Of a DNA stretch of 64,000 nucleotides, positions 55,246 to 64,000 are shown piece by piece (positions within the stretch are counted from its first letter, which is position 1; each line of letters begins with the position of its first letter). The notes under the pieces were generated by a model that was given only the letters and a program-made list of their open reading frames with translations, made no database searches and was not told where the DNA came from. The translations under genes were made by a program, and so were the position numbers. Source of the DNA: an uncultured delta proteobacterium (GTDB lineage Bacteria; Desulfobacterota; Desulfobacteria; Desulfobacterales; JAFDCJ01); the NCBI GenBank assembly GCA_963769935.1, contig CAVYNY010000011.1, positions 128,001 through 192,000 on the forward strand. Reading direction: 5' to 3'.

Positions 55246-56131
55246 TTAACCAGTAGTTCTAAGAAGACTTCGTGCAGCTTTACTTAAATAACCCTGTTTA
55301 CGATAAAGAACCATTACCGGTACTGTCGTTTCAAGCGCCGGGATTTTCAGGATGGACAATGTTCCTGAGCGCAACTCCTCCTGAACACTGCTTTCCGGTA
55401 GCAAGCCGAAGCCGAAATCAGCTTCAATGAGACGCTTCTGGGCGGTCAAGCTATCAGTGGTGATGATTTCCGGCGTTGTTAAACCTGCCCTTGCAAGTTG
55501 TTGTGCTAATATGCGGGCAAAGGGTTCGCCGGAGGATCTTTCCCCCGTTGGGAAACCAACCCATGGTACGCCGGATAATTCAAGCGGATTGGAAGGCGGA
55601 CCTTGGGGGAAATTATGATGGGTTGAATGTACGACAACTAAAGATTCTTCATCGATCAATCGGGAGGCTATCTCTTGATGTGGGTCGGCAAAATATCTCA
55701 ATCCGAGGTTGGCCTCACCAAATTGGACCATAGCGCTGACTTCATTGCTGCGTGCCGTGCGCATTTTTAGCCGAACCTGAGGAAAGATCCTTCGAAACTC
55801 AAGGAGCCGTGCCGTCAGACCGGTACATGCAAAGTTCCGAAAAGAGCCAGATTGATGTTTCCCAGTTCTTTCGCTCAATAGCTTTGACCGCTTCGATACC
55901 GTCACGTGCACCCGCAGAGATTTGGCGTGCGAACGGCAAAAATGTCTGGCCGGCTTCTGTCAGCAATGCTCCGCCATGAACCCGTTCAAAGAGGGTAACG
56001 CCCAGTTCATCTTCGAGCAGACTGATACGGCGACTGATGGCTGGTTGGGACAGGTGCAGCATGGAGGCGGCTCGTGAAAATCCTTGAACCTGTGCGATCA
56101 TCACGAATGCCTCAATCTGATTCATTTCCAT
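55246..56131 (-). pseudogene. LysR regulator with two 1-nt deletions (about 55870 and 55830); possibly artefactual
   Basis: HTH FSRAASMLHLSQPAISRRI; substrate-binding domain in another frame; bridging frame ELGNINLALFGTL. Confidence 0.8.
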
Positions 56132-56257
56132 TGCTATCAGTTTTCCTGATGTCACCTATGAAAACAATGCATTGGACAAATATATAATCCTTATTATACT
56201 CAAATGCAAGGGGATGCTATTGAGGTGCTGAAGCATTGAATCATTATTAAGGTTGCT

Positions 56258-57166
56258 ATGGAAACCCGGAAAATGACAAATACGAAAACACATTTTTGTA
56301 TCGAACTCGCTTTGCTTGCTTTGCTCGCTCTTTTTTGGGGGTCTTCCTACCTTTTCATCAAAATTGCCGTTGAAACCATTCCTCCGGTGACATTAATAGC
56401 GGTAAGAGTCGCTGGAGCGACTATTTTCCTCCTGGTGATTTTGGCCTTGAAAGGTATCCATATGCCAAAGGACGGGCGAACCTGGCGTCTGCTTTTCCTG
56501 CAGGCTGTCTTCAATAGCATTGGTGCGTGGACCGTTTTAGCCTGGGGGCAGAAATATGTGGATAGCGGACTTGCCAGTGTCCTCAACTCCACATCCCCGA
56601 TTTTTGTGTTTTTCATTACGGTATTTTTAACCAGGCACGAGTCAATCAGCATTCTAAAATTATTAGGTGCCTGTCTGGGCATTGTCGGGGTGACGCTCAT
56701 CGTCGGCGTTAATGTTGTCAATGGCTTCGGCAGGCAGATCATAGCTCAACTGGCGGTCTTGGTCGGGGCGGTGCTGTATGCAGGAGCAGCGATCCATGGC
56801 AAACGGCTCTCACATCTGCCGCCCGTAGTTTCAGCGGCGGGTACGATGATCTGGGCTACCATTTGTCTGGTGCCTTTAAGTTTATTAACCGAACACCCCT
56901 GGTCGCTGCACCCCTCTATTCAATCAATCTTTGCGGCCATCACTCTTGCAACACTTTGTACCGGCGTAGCGCTACTGATCTATTTCAGGTTAGTGCGGAC
57001 AATCGGATCGATGGGGGTGGCCAGCCAGAGCTATTTGAGAATTGGAATAGGGGTTATTTTAGGTGCGGCCATTCTTGGTGAGCATATCACGCCGACCATT
57101 GGACTTGGAATCCTGACCGTCATTTTGGGGGTGGCCGCAATCAACCTGCCGATTAGAAAGCTGTAG
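56258..57166 (+). CDS. DMT/EamA transporter
   Basis: WGSSYLFIK, SGLASVLNSTSP, ILGE; about 10 TM. Confidence 0.9.
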   Translation: METRKMTNTKTHFCIELALLALLALFWGSSYLFIKIAVETIPPVTLIAVRVAGATIFLLVILALKGIHMPKDGRTWRLLFLQAVFNSIGAWTVLAWGQKYVDSGLASVLNSTSPIFVFFITVFLTRHESISILKLLGACLGIVGVTLIVGVNVVNGFGRQIIAQLAVLVGAVLYAGAAIHGKRLSHLPPVVSAAGTMIWATICLVPLSLLTEHPWSLHPSIQSIFAAITLATLCTGVALLIYFRLVRTIGSMGVASQSYLRIGIGVILGAAILGEHITPTIGLGILTVILGVAAINLPIRKL

Positions 57167-57284
57167 GCAACTGATGAATATTTTCCCCCGCACGATCAAC
57201 GATCAGCCGGGGTATAACAAAAAAAATCATCATGGTCGGAATCATCGATAAAAATTCTTCTTCGAGAAAATGGGTGTCACCCTA

Positions 57285-57490
57285 TTTCTCACGATCTTCA
57301 TCGTCCCAAAAGATTTTCCGGCGTTCGATCCCGCGAACTGTGATATGGTTCAGTGCACCTGCAGCATGCGTCTTCGCTAAAGCTACGCCGGCACAGGTCA
57401 ATTCTGGCTTTTCGTGGCATGTCTGCTCAAATAGCCGCAAAACTCCCTTTTGTCAATCAATATATCAATACCCGTCCCCGATACCCGTCC
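57285..57490 (-). mobile_element. RAYT 5' remnant, copy 2, with the same 31-bp REP insert
   Basis: From ATG 57420: MPRKARID[insert]AAGALNHITVRGIERRKIFWDDEDRE; homologous to 51565-51760. Confidence 0.75.
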
Positions 57491-57536
57491 TGGCACGTTA
57501 TTGTCCTTGCAAATAAAGCATGCGTTGTTTGGTTCT

Positions 57537-57592
57537 AATCGCTGCGGATGTTCATCCGCAGCGATTGTCGAGGGACGCGCAGCGTCCTCGAC
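57537..57592. repeat. Two adjacent hairpins
   Basis: AATCGCTGCGGATG-TT-CATCCGCAGCGATT followed by GTCGAGGGACGCGCAGCGTCCTCGAC. Confidence 0.7.
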
Positions 57593-57692
57593 AACGTTGA
57601 AGTGAGCTGCGGCCTACATGAGTTGACGAAATTGCACGGCCTTTACGAAAAACCGCGGTTTTCACTCCGCCTGCTCAACTGGTTTGTTGTGT
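57589..57692 (-). other. attC site (104 bp)
   Basis: R'' ACACAAC-5-L'' AGTTGAGC ... L' GCTCACT-5-R' GTTGTCG; L boxes pair with the 4th base extrahelical; overlaps the stop of the upstream gene. Confidence 0.7.
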
Positions 57693-58241
57693 AACTGACT
57701 CCGCTTGCCATAGGTCCGGATAGTTTGTCACGAATCCCGCAGCGTTCACCTCTAATACCCGCACGAAGCGACCACCGGCCGACTCGTACCGGTACATCCT
57801 TTCTCTTTCCCGCCGGTAAAGCTGTGGCAAAAGCTCAAACTTTAGCGATGGAAAAGGGAGCCACGCCGCTCTCACCTCTTCCTCTTCCCCAACAGCCAGC
57901 GAGAGCCTCCGGATTGGGAGAAGGTTCGTAGAGGGGCTAAATCCCAGATCGATATCTGTACAGCCCGCCACAGATGGACAATTTACACCGTTCAAATACC
58001 ACCTCCGATTTTCGCTCAAAGTTATGCTTAAATTGACCTCTCGAGCCCCAATCACGCCCTTTACCCGAGCTGATTTTGTCTGCCAAATCGAGTCGCAGTC
58101 TACTATGTAATCAAGTTTGCAAGGACTTCGTTCATAAGTGAATATGGCTGTGCCGGACAGCTCCCATCCGTCAGAGAGAGCTTCGAGTCTTCCGATTTCA
58201 TGGCCGGGAATGTGGAGTTCTGCGCCAAAGAATGATGTCAT
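57675..58241 (-). CDS. Putative glycolipid-binding domain protein (cassette gene)
   Basis: GCTDIDLGFSPSTNLLPIRRL, GFVTNYP. Confidence 0.8.
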   Translation of the reverse strand: MTSFFGAELHIPGHEIGRLEALSDGWELSGTAIFTYERSPCKLDYIVDCDSIWQTKSARVKGVIGAREVNLSITLSENRRWYLNGVNCPSVAGCTDIDLGFSPSTNLLPIRRLSLAVGEEEEVRAAWLPFPSLKFELLPQLYRRERERMYRYESAGGRFVRVLEVNAAGFVTNYPDLWQAESVTQQTS

Positions 58242-58274
58242 TCATCGCTTATTGCTCCTCTATAGCTAAAATTC

Positions 58275-58425
58275 ACATAACCCTGGGATGAGCTGCAGGC
58301 CACCAGCCTTAGAGTACCTCTGAACTTTACGCAAACCGCCGGCCTATCCCTGTCTCCTCGATGCTGCGGGATAGGCCGCCACGGAACACCAGACGGTGCG
58401 GGCCTGCATATCTACTGTGGTTTCG
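58275..58425 (-). other. Degenerate attC-like site
   Basis: Right half L' GCTCATC-5-R' GTTATGT is intact; GCAGGCC/GGCCTGC and GGCCTATCCC/GGGATAGGCC stems; left R''/L'' decayed. Confidence 0.45.
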
Positions 58426-58493
58426 AAGTTGACTTCGGGATCTACTTGACCGGATGTAAACGAGAACACGATCTTAAACGGAGCAACCGGCTT

Positions 58494-59191
58494 TTATTTA
58501 ACGGCTGCGTCGGTGCGCGTCCACTGAGCAATGGGTCGGCCGTCACGCCGCCACCAGGAGCCAGCCTGCTCCTGCGGCCAGCCGGCGGGCGAGTCCTCCC
58601 ACGTCTCCTGCCGGCCGTACGGGGTGAGGTCGAGCAACTGCAGTGTGGGCAGCATGGCCTCGATCCCTCGCCACTTCGTTTCGTACGTCTGGAACACTTG
58701 GTCGCCGACCCGCAGGTAGCAGCGGAGGTCGCCGCCGTTTCGGGTCGCCAGCACGTCTCCGGAGTCGGCGGTCGAGTACCACGGCGTCGTCCAGCCCATG
58801 AAGTCCCGGTAGGCGACAATCTCGTTCCACGGGCCGCTGCTGAAGACGGCGTAGGTCACGTCGCGCTCGGCGAGATAGGCGCAGACGGCGGCGTTTATCG
58901 CCATCTGACTGTGCGTACAGCCCTCGCACTGCTTGTGGTGGGGTGCGCCCTTCTTCCACATGAAGTGATACACGATCAACATCCGCCGGCCTTCGAACAC
59001 ATCGTGCAGGGGATGGGGCCGTCCGGACCCACGACCATGACCGGCTCCATCGGCGTCATCGGCAAGCGCCGCCGAGCGGCGGCTAGTGCGTCGCCGGCAC
59101 GTGTGTGCGCCTTCTCCCGGACCAGCAGTTCAGCACGGGCCCGCTCCCACTCCTCACGGGTAACGATCTTCGGGGTTGCCGATTCTGTCAT
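58494..59191 (-). CDS. DUF899 thioredoxin-like protein, split by a 1-nt deletion in a C-run near 59010
   Basis: REKAHTRAGDALAAARRRLP, then FEGRRMLIVYHFM, CEGC, LDLTPYGRQE. Confidence 0.85.
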
Positions 59192-59220
59192 GGCTATTCT
59201 CCTATGCGCTCGCAAGGCCT

Positions 59221-59295
59221 CTCGCGGTGGGAACGCCGGTTACCCAGCACCCCCCGCCCAGACCCAGACGTGCGGTTTTCCTGCATCTGGTTCTC
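59221..59295 (-). mobile_element. Group II intron 3' end remnant (domains V-VI)
   Basis: GAGAACCAGATGCAGGAAAACCGCACGTCTGGGTCTGGGCGGGGGGTGCTGGGTAACCGGCGTTCCCACCGCGAG matches the DV/DVI pattern; catalytic triad degenerate. Confidence 0.75.
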
Positions 59296-59397
59296 GGTTG
59301 CGGAAACCGAGTCGGACCTAATATCATTTACACCGGGACAAGAGGACATCCGGTTTATTTTTCTATTTTGCCGGTTCTGTTTTGATGAGGGGAACTA

Positions 59398-59585
59398 AGG
59401 GACGTTCCTCGGATTCTCGGATTTGTCCTCTTCCGAAAGCTTCCATCCGTGCTCTCTCGACTATTTGTCGTCCTCTCAGCGCGCGTATTCGCATGCCGTG
59501 TAGAACGCGATGTTTAGTTTTTTCGATATCGAGACCGCGCTCCTTCCCAATTCTCGTGGCTTCCCCCATAACAAAGCACGCTTCC
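59398..59585 (-). mobile_element. RAYT C-terminal HTH remnant
   Basis: ELGRSAVSISKKLNIA...RGRQIVE, ending in GAACGTCCC. Confidence 0.55.
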
Positions 59586-59596
59586 CCAGGACCAGG

Positions 59597-60122
59597 GGGG
59601 ACGGGCCAAGCTAAGTTGTTGCATTTTCAATGCCTTGATCCCAAATATAGGTGTTTTGGGCGCCTATTTCGGCCTTTTTCGCCCCAAAATGAGCGATATA
59701 GGGATATTGATTTTCTTTTAGTTGAAACGATTCTCCCGTTTCAAGGACCTTTCGTCCCAATGCCATGCCACCCATTTGCACTTTTATATTGTGGATAAAA
59801 GGTTCACTGCCAACAGCGATGCTTTCTGTCCATTTACCGTCACGAAAATTATCACCATCAGAAAGGCGGCTTTCGACCCATTGCTTGTGAGCCGTTTTCA
59901 CATGTTCATAAGAATCAAATCCAAGGAGCTCTTTTAACTTTTAATAGTTGATCAGAATCTTTTTTTTTTTGGTTGCTGAATTTCATTGTATGTAATGCCT
60001 TTTCGCTCTTGCCATTTCTAAATCGCTGTTTTTTGCCTCAAAAAGCTCAATAAAGCCATGTTTTAAGGGGTAAAACTAAGCTCATTCTCAATATTTATAG
60101 CCTGTTAGCGCGGCCCGTCCCC
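59597..60122 (-). mobile_element. Internally deleted RAYT-like element with 18-bp terminal inverted repeats
   Basis: IRs GGGGACGGGCCAAGCTAA / TTAGCGCGGCCCGTCCCC; MARAKRHYI (ATG 60015) joined to YNEIQ...KWTESIAVGS...W. Confidence 0.72.
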
Positions 60123-60226
60123 ATCGTTAGCACGCTATCTTAACGGCATGACCTTATCAACACTTAATAGTTTAGATGCGACCCCCTCGTCCCTTTTCTG
60201 GGCACGACCAGTAGCTTTGCTATGCC

Positions 60227-60973
60227 TTAAATTTTAAGCAATCTTTCTCGCTTTCGTTCCTTGATTTCTATTAAGCCCAATAAAGGTCCGTCAGAATATG
60301 TTTCGTTGTTGAAATGTTTATTGAAATAATGATAATAATCCCATAGCATTTTTTCCGATTTCTTGTTTTCATAAAAGCCCAATAGCATACAAAGCAATGA
60401 TACTGCATATGGAGTAATTTGGTTTTTTTCGATTATGTCAAAAATTTGTTCTGAATAGTTTATTTCTGAAGCGTGTATTATTTTTACAGCCAGCTCTACA
60501 AATTGAGACCTTTTGGGATTCTTTAACTCATTAATAATTAAAGGAATAGATGATTCCTTATGTTGTAATAGTTTGCTTTTCATTTTTTCATGGTTCAAAG
60601 AATCGATTCCCCCAATCATTATACCAATCAGCTTTTTAATATCATCAGTATCCTCAATAATATTAGATTCTTGTATTCCCCGATCTAAAAGCTGATTTGT
60701 GATGGAGGAGGCCAATGCTTCGGCCTCAGGATGTAATAGAGATGAATAAAGAAGACGTGGTGCTGAAATTTCATGCACCGTATTCATTCTAAAAAAGCTC
60801 TCATCTAATATAGGTATACCAAAATCTATTTCTGAATAAGCTGGAAAGCTCTGGTTTATATTTGGCAACTTTTGGTTTTTATTGGAAAGTGTTTTCCCAT
60901 AACAGCATTTTTTATACTTCTTTCCACTACCACAGGGGCAAGGCTCATTTCTTCCGATTTTCTTATTTCTCAT
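60227..60973 (-). CDS. SEC-C motif protein (cassette gene, AT-rich)
   Basis: [18 protein letters not shown] at the N-terminus. Confidence 0.85.
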   Translation of the reverse strand: MRNKKIGRNEPCPCGSGKKYKKCCYGKTLSNKNQKLPNINQSFPAYSEIDFGIPILDESFFRMNTVHEISAPRLLYSSLLHPEAEALASSITNQLLDRGIQESNIIEDTDDIKKLIGIMIGGIDSLNHEKMKSKLLQHKESSIPLIINELKNPKRSQFVELAVKIIHASEINYSEQIFDIIEKNQITPYAVSLLCMLLGFYENKKSEKMLWDYYHYFNKHFNNETYSDGPLLGLIEIKERKRERLLKI

Positions 60974-61010
60974 TCTATTTATTCTACTATCGTCATATGA
61001 TATTACAAAA

Positions 61011-61072
61011 GCATAAAGCTGCTCTTCAGCAGGGGCGGTTTCTTTGCGATCCGCTGGTAGAGCTTGTTATGT
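61011..61072 (-). other. attC site (62 bp) with R' GTT>TTT
   Basis: ACATAAC-5-CTACCAGC...GCTGAAG-6-TTTATGC. Confidence 0.75.
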
Positions 61073-61087
61073 GATTTGACATTGAAA

Positions 61088-61798
61088 TCAGCTCCGAAGT
61101 GAAAATAGCATCATGTCAAAACTCCGTCCTGAAGGAAGTTGGTTCAGTTCAAGCCCACTTGCTTGTCTCATGACATCTGTTGAGAATTTTACAAAATCTA
61201 CATCGAATCGCGTCTCAAAATATCGTAGCCAAATCCCAATCTCTACAAGTGAATCAATAAGGTCTCTATCAGAAACGGAATTATCCACGCCCAATATACT
61301 CCGTATGCGAGTGTCATAGGCGGGTGCATGGCCCCAGTTGAACATAAGAACAACTTTGGTTAAAAAACAAACACTTCCGGCGCTCGAATGCCAGCCACTT
61401 AATATATAACGGAGTTTTGTGAACGAACATATTAACTGGTCGATGACCGACTTATCGGCACAGGGTAATTCGCAGAGGCTTAAGTTCGGAAGTTTATCTA
61501 CCAAATCCCAGAAGTTGCAAAGCTGATCATCTGTAATTATTCCAGTACAAATGTCTTTCAAAATGCTGCCGCATTGTCCTTGTCTGTTCATGTTCCAGCC
61601 ATTATATCTGACAATATTCAGCAAGTCGGTCATACGTTGGAGAGGGGATGCACTTAGGCGAGTATTGTTGTAGAAATTATCAAACTGATTCAACCACGGC
61701 CCATTTAGAGTGCTGTAACTTTCGATTGATTTGCCTGCTGTCTCCAAATTCAGCTTATTCAATATTTCAAAGCTAATCACGGACATTTTTTCATCCAA
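61088..61798 (-). CDS. Hypothetical protein (cassette gene)
   Basis: ORF bounded by attC sites; start TTG 61798 or ATG 61786; TKV...PAYD.RIR motif. Confidence 0.75.
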   Translation of the reverse strand: MDEKMSVISFEILNKLNLETAGKSIESYSTLNGPWLNQFDNFYNNTRLSASPLQRMTDLLNIVRYNGWNMNRQGQCGSILKDICTGIITDDQLCNFWDLVDKLPNLSLCELPCADKSVIDQLICSFTKLRYILSGWHSSAGSVCFLTKVVLMFNWGHAPAYDTRIRSILGVDNSVSDRDLIDSLVEIGIWLRYFETRFDVDFVKFSTDVMRQASGLELNQLPSGRSFDMMLFSLRS

Positions 61799-61854
61799 CG
61801 ATCTGCATCACAGGCGCGAGGTTACGAGCGTCCTTGTGAATGCATGGGTTAGAC
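61793..61854 (-). other. attC site (62 bp), canonical
   Basis: GTCTAAC-5-CATTCACA...TGTGATG-6-GTTGGAT; perfect L-box pairing with an extrahelical T. Confidence 0.85.
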
Positions 61855-61933
61855 TCCTCCGAAAGGAGTAACTTGATACCGATATCCATTCTGTCATTGT
61901 CACCCTCCACCTCGTCCGTTCCACAGTTATAAT

Positions 61934-62713
61934 TTAAAGCTTGAAATAGGACCTGACGAAGGCTCTTAGTTTTTCGATCAAGGTCTCGACACCTTCGGGG
62001 TCGTAAATGTACGGGATGTAGTCGAAATGCTTGATGTCGGACGGAATGTCTTTGTCCGACCGCGTGATGAGCACAACCTTCTTGCCGACGGTGTGGGCCA
62101 TGCCGATCTCATAAAAAACATTCGGGTTTTTCTCGGTGCAGTCGGCGAGGATGAGATGCGCAGCACAGATGCCATCCCAAATCTTTTCCATGAAGGGTCT
62201 TGGTGAGAACATCTCATCGGCGCGCCGAACGGTCAGTCCCAATTCTTCGCCCATCTTTTTAATATGATTGGTATAGACCTTTTCCATCTTCGCCTTAAAC
62301 GGCATAAGGACGAAGATATCAATTTTCTCTTCGGCTTGGCGCGGCCGTCCGAATGCTGGTAAGACTCCCATTCCCTTGGAGTGTCGAGATAGCATTGCAG
62401 CCTCGGATAGGGTCATGCCCCCAAAGGCTACGCGAATTTTCGACCAGAGGTCGGTTTCTATGATTTCTCCAACCGGCCTCCTCCCATTTCCCGTGTCCTC
62501 GTCCACAAAGCCAATTAGCCCCAGATCGCGCATCTCGAACAACTTCTTGAGAAGCATCATCGTGTTCGTATTGGCCTGGAGTTGTGTGGGGTCCGCGTAG
62601 GCATATCTTCCGCACAACTCCTCCCAGGTCTTGATCTCCCGCAGGAGCAGGAGAACCAGAGCTCCATTTTCGATCTCCTCGTAAGGAATATTATTCTTCG
62701 ATGGGTATTCCAT
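61934..62713 (-). CDS. Protein with a C-terminal nucleoside 2-deoxyribosyltransferase/TIR-like domain (cassette gene)
   Basis: IFVLMPF, RRADE, ILADCTEKNPNVFYEIGMAH, IPSDI. Confidence 0.8.
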   Translation of the reverse strand: MEYPSKNNIPYEEIENGALVLLLLREIKTWEELCGRYAYADPTQLQANTNTMMLLKKLFEMRDLGLIGFVDEDTGNGRRPVGEIIETDLWSKIRVAFGGMTLSEAAMLSRHSKGMGVLPAFGRPRQAEEKIDIFVLMPFKAKMEKVYTNHIKKMGEELGLTVRRADEMFSPRPFMEKIWDGICAAHLILADCTEKNPNVFYEIGMAHTVGKKVVLITRSDKDIPSDIKHFDYIPYIYDPEGVETLIEKLRAFVRSYFKL

Positions 62714-62768
62714 TGCAAAATCCTCCGGCGGGAAGGTGATCCCGAATCTCGTTTCACTTTTAATAGCA

Positions 62769-62828
62769 GCCTAAAGGGCTCTAAGCGGAGGCGGCTTTTT
62801 GCGCCCTGCTGAAGAAGCAAGGTTGGCT
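62769..62828. other. Degenerate attC-like site
   Basis: GCAGCCTAAA...GTTGGCTGC hairpin similar to 61011-61072; L-box geometry imperfect. Confidence 0.5.
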
Positions 62829-62833
62829 GCGTC

Positions 62834-62967
62834 TATGTAATGCTTTTTCGATCTTGCCATTGCTATATCGCTGTTTTTTGCTCCAAAAAGCTCAATATAG
62901 CCCTGTTTTAAGGGGTACAAATAAACTCATTCTCTATATTTACAGCCTGTTAGCGTGGCCCGTCCCC
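62834..62967 (-). mobile_element. Left end of the RAYT-like element, second copy
   Basis: Homologous to 59990-60122; IR plus MARSKKHYI (ATG 62860), then a break. Confidence 0.75.
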
Positions 62968-63017
62968 AAATCTCTCTGTATGTACCCCTCTATTCCTGTA
63001 AGTCAATAGGGTTAAAT

Positions 63018-63404
63018 TTACCTAATGTTTGCTCCTCTTTGTTCGAGCAGCTCTCTCAATATCGATCTATGGCAGCGCGATTCATCCTTGCAATAGCACC
63101 CAACTGCGAAATTGGTCTGATGAGAGAGCGCGGCCAGCAAGTCTAAATCTCTCCTCGCTCCAGGCAATTTCATTTCAACTATGAACTTTCGTTTGAACGC
63201 TTTCCAGGAGTTATCGTCTGTCAGTAATGAGGCTTTCTTCAGAAGGGCTTCACTTGGCGAAAGGTTTGGAAACCACACGTCATATATATTTTTAGACGCA
63301 TAGTCTTCCTTTCTTACTCCACGGGGAGGCCGCCTGACCGTGCCGATTCGCAATCCCTCATTACTCTCTCTTGGGCTACCTAACCTTACGATCCGTATTG
63401 TCAT
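63018..63404 (-). CDS. DUF488 family protein
   Basis: GLRIGTVRRPPRGV, LSPS, CYCKDESRCHRSIL. Confidence 0.85.
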   Translation of the reverse strand: MTIRIVRLGSPRESNEGLRIGTVRRPPRGVRKEDYASKNIYDVWFPNLSPSEALLKKASLLTDDNSWKAFKRKFIVEMKLPGARRDLDLLAALSHQTNFAVGCYCKDESRCHRSILRELLEQRGANIR

Positions 63405-63859
63405 TTTGTCTCCACAATAATTGATGTTAATTAAAGATCGGATTTCTAAAAACAAAATGGATAAATACCTGCATTGGGATCAGGCGCCGACTATTATTCT
63501 CAGGGCTTTATGGAAACGGTTGAGCCGGACGCATCAGTTGAGAGTCGTCAAATGAGCCAATCAATTCAATTTCCTATGATATAGCCCTTCTATCGACCAT
63601 GTTCTCTTTTTATGAAAATTCGATATCGATGATATCAATAACTTAGATGATGATAATAATGCCAAATTCTCTCTAATCGCATAAAAAAACTAGGGGGTAG
63701 TTCACTCCCAGGTAATCGTAAAAGTATATGTCGAATTCCGTTCTGAGCCGACCGATGGCTTTACGCAGAGAAATGCCAGACAGATAGGACTCTTATCCAG
63801 TATCGTTTCACCACGACCTTCCCCGTGTGTATTACAGTAACTGTTGCCGGAATCGCATG

Positions 63860-64000
63860 ACTACCGAACTGGTATAATCCCAGTAACCTAATTGTTGTGG
63901 ACTCTCCAAGTGCCCCTCGATCCATCACTGTACTTCCGCTTCAGGAATATTCGCAGCCGTTCGCGGACAAAGGCATTGAGCTTGCGAAGCCGTTTGAGCA
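63860..64000 (-). mobile_element. Group II intron RT/maturase C-terminal remnant (continues beyond the window)
   Basis: LRKLNAFVRERLRIFLKRKY...GTW...(frameshift) LLGLYQFG resembles maturase domain X. Confidence 0.55.

Overview
Bacterial window of moderate GC. Gene content suggests an anaerobic Desulfobacterota/deltaproteobacterium-like organism (inference), and homopolymer indels suggest a long-read assembly. (1) 1-6.9 kb: a PAS-domain sigma54 activator with a C-x8-C-x3-C motif (OrpR-like redox sensor) lies between two near-consensus -24/-12 promoters. One drives an uncharacterised four-gene operon (Tat-exported COG1237-type metallo-beta-lactamase-fold protein, five-repeat polytopic membrane protein, small protein, and an ORF missing from the ORF track); the other drives an NADH oxidase/CoA-disulfide reductase-family flavoprotein. 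(2) 7-43 kb: mostly unlinked metabolic, transport and signalling genes (orphan Tat-DctP, hybrid kinase, MtfA peptidase, acyl-CoA ligase, saccharopine dehydrogenase-like, AKR, AcpH, TRAP dctPQM, menA, serine dehydratase, DUF362, amidinotransferase, creatinase-like M24, STAND adenylate cyclase), mixed with gene fragments and two dispersed repeat/MITE families. (3) 43-64 kb: accessory region with a large PDZ lipoprotein, an IS3 element, an S8 lipoprotein protease and, from about 57.5 kb, a decaying integron-type cassette array (attC sites, no integrase in the window) interleaved with REP-associated tyrosine transposase (RAYT) remnants and group II intron remnants. No rRNA, tRNA or CRISPR array was seen. 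All family calls come from motif recognition, not database searches.
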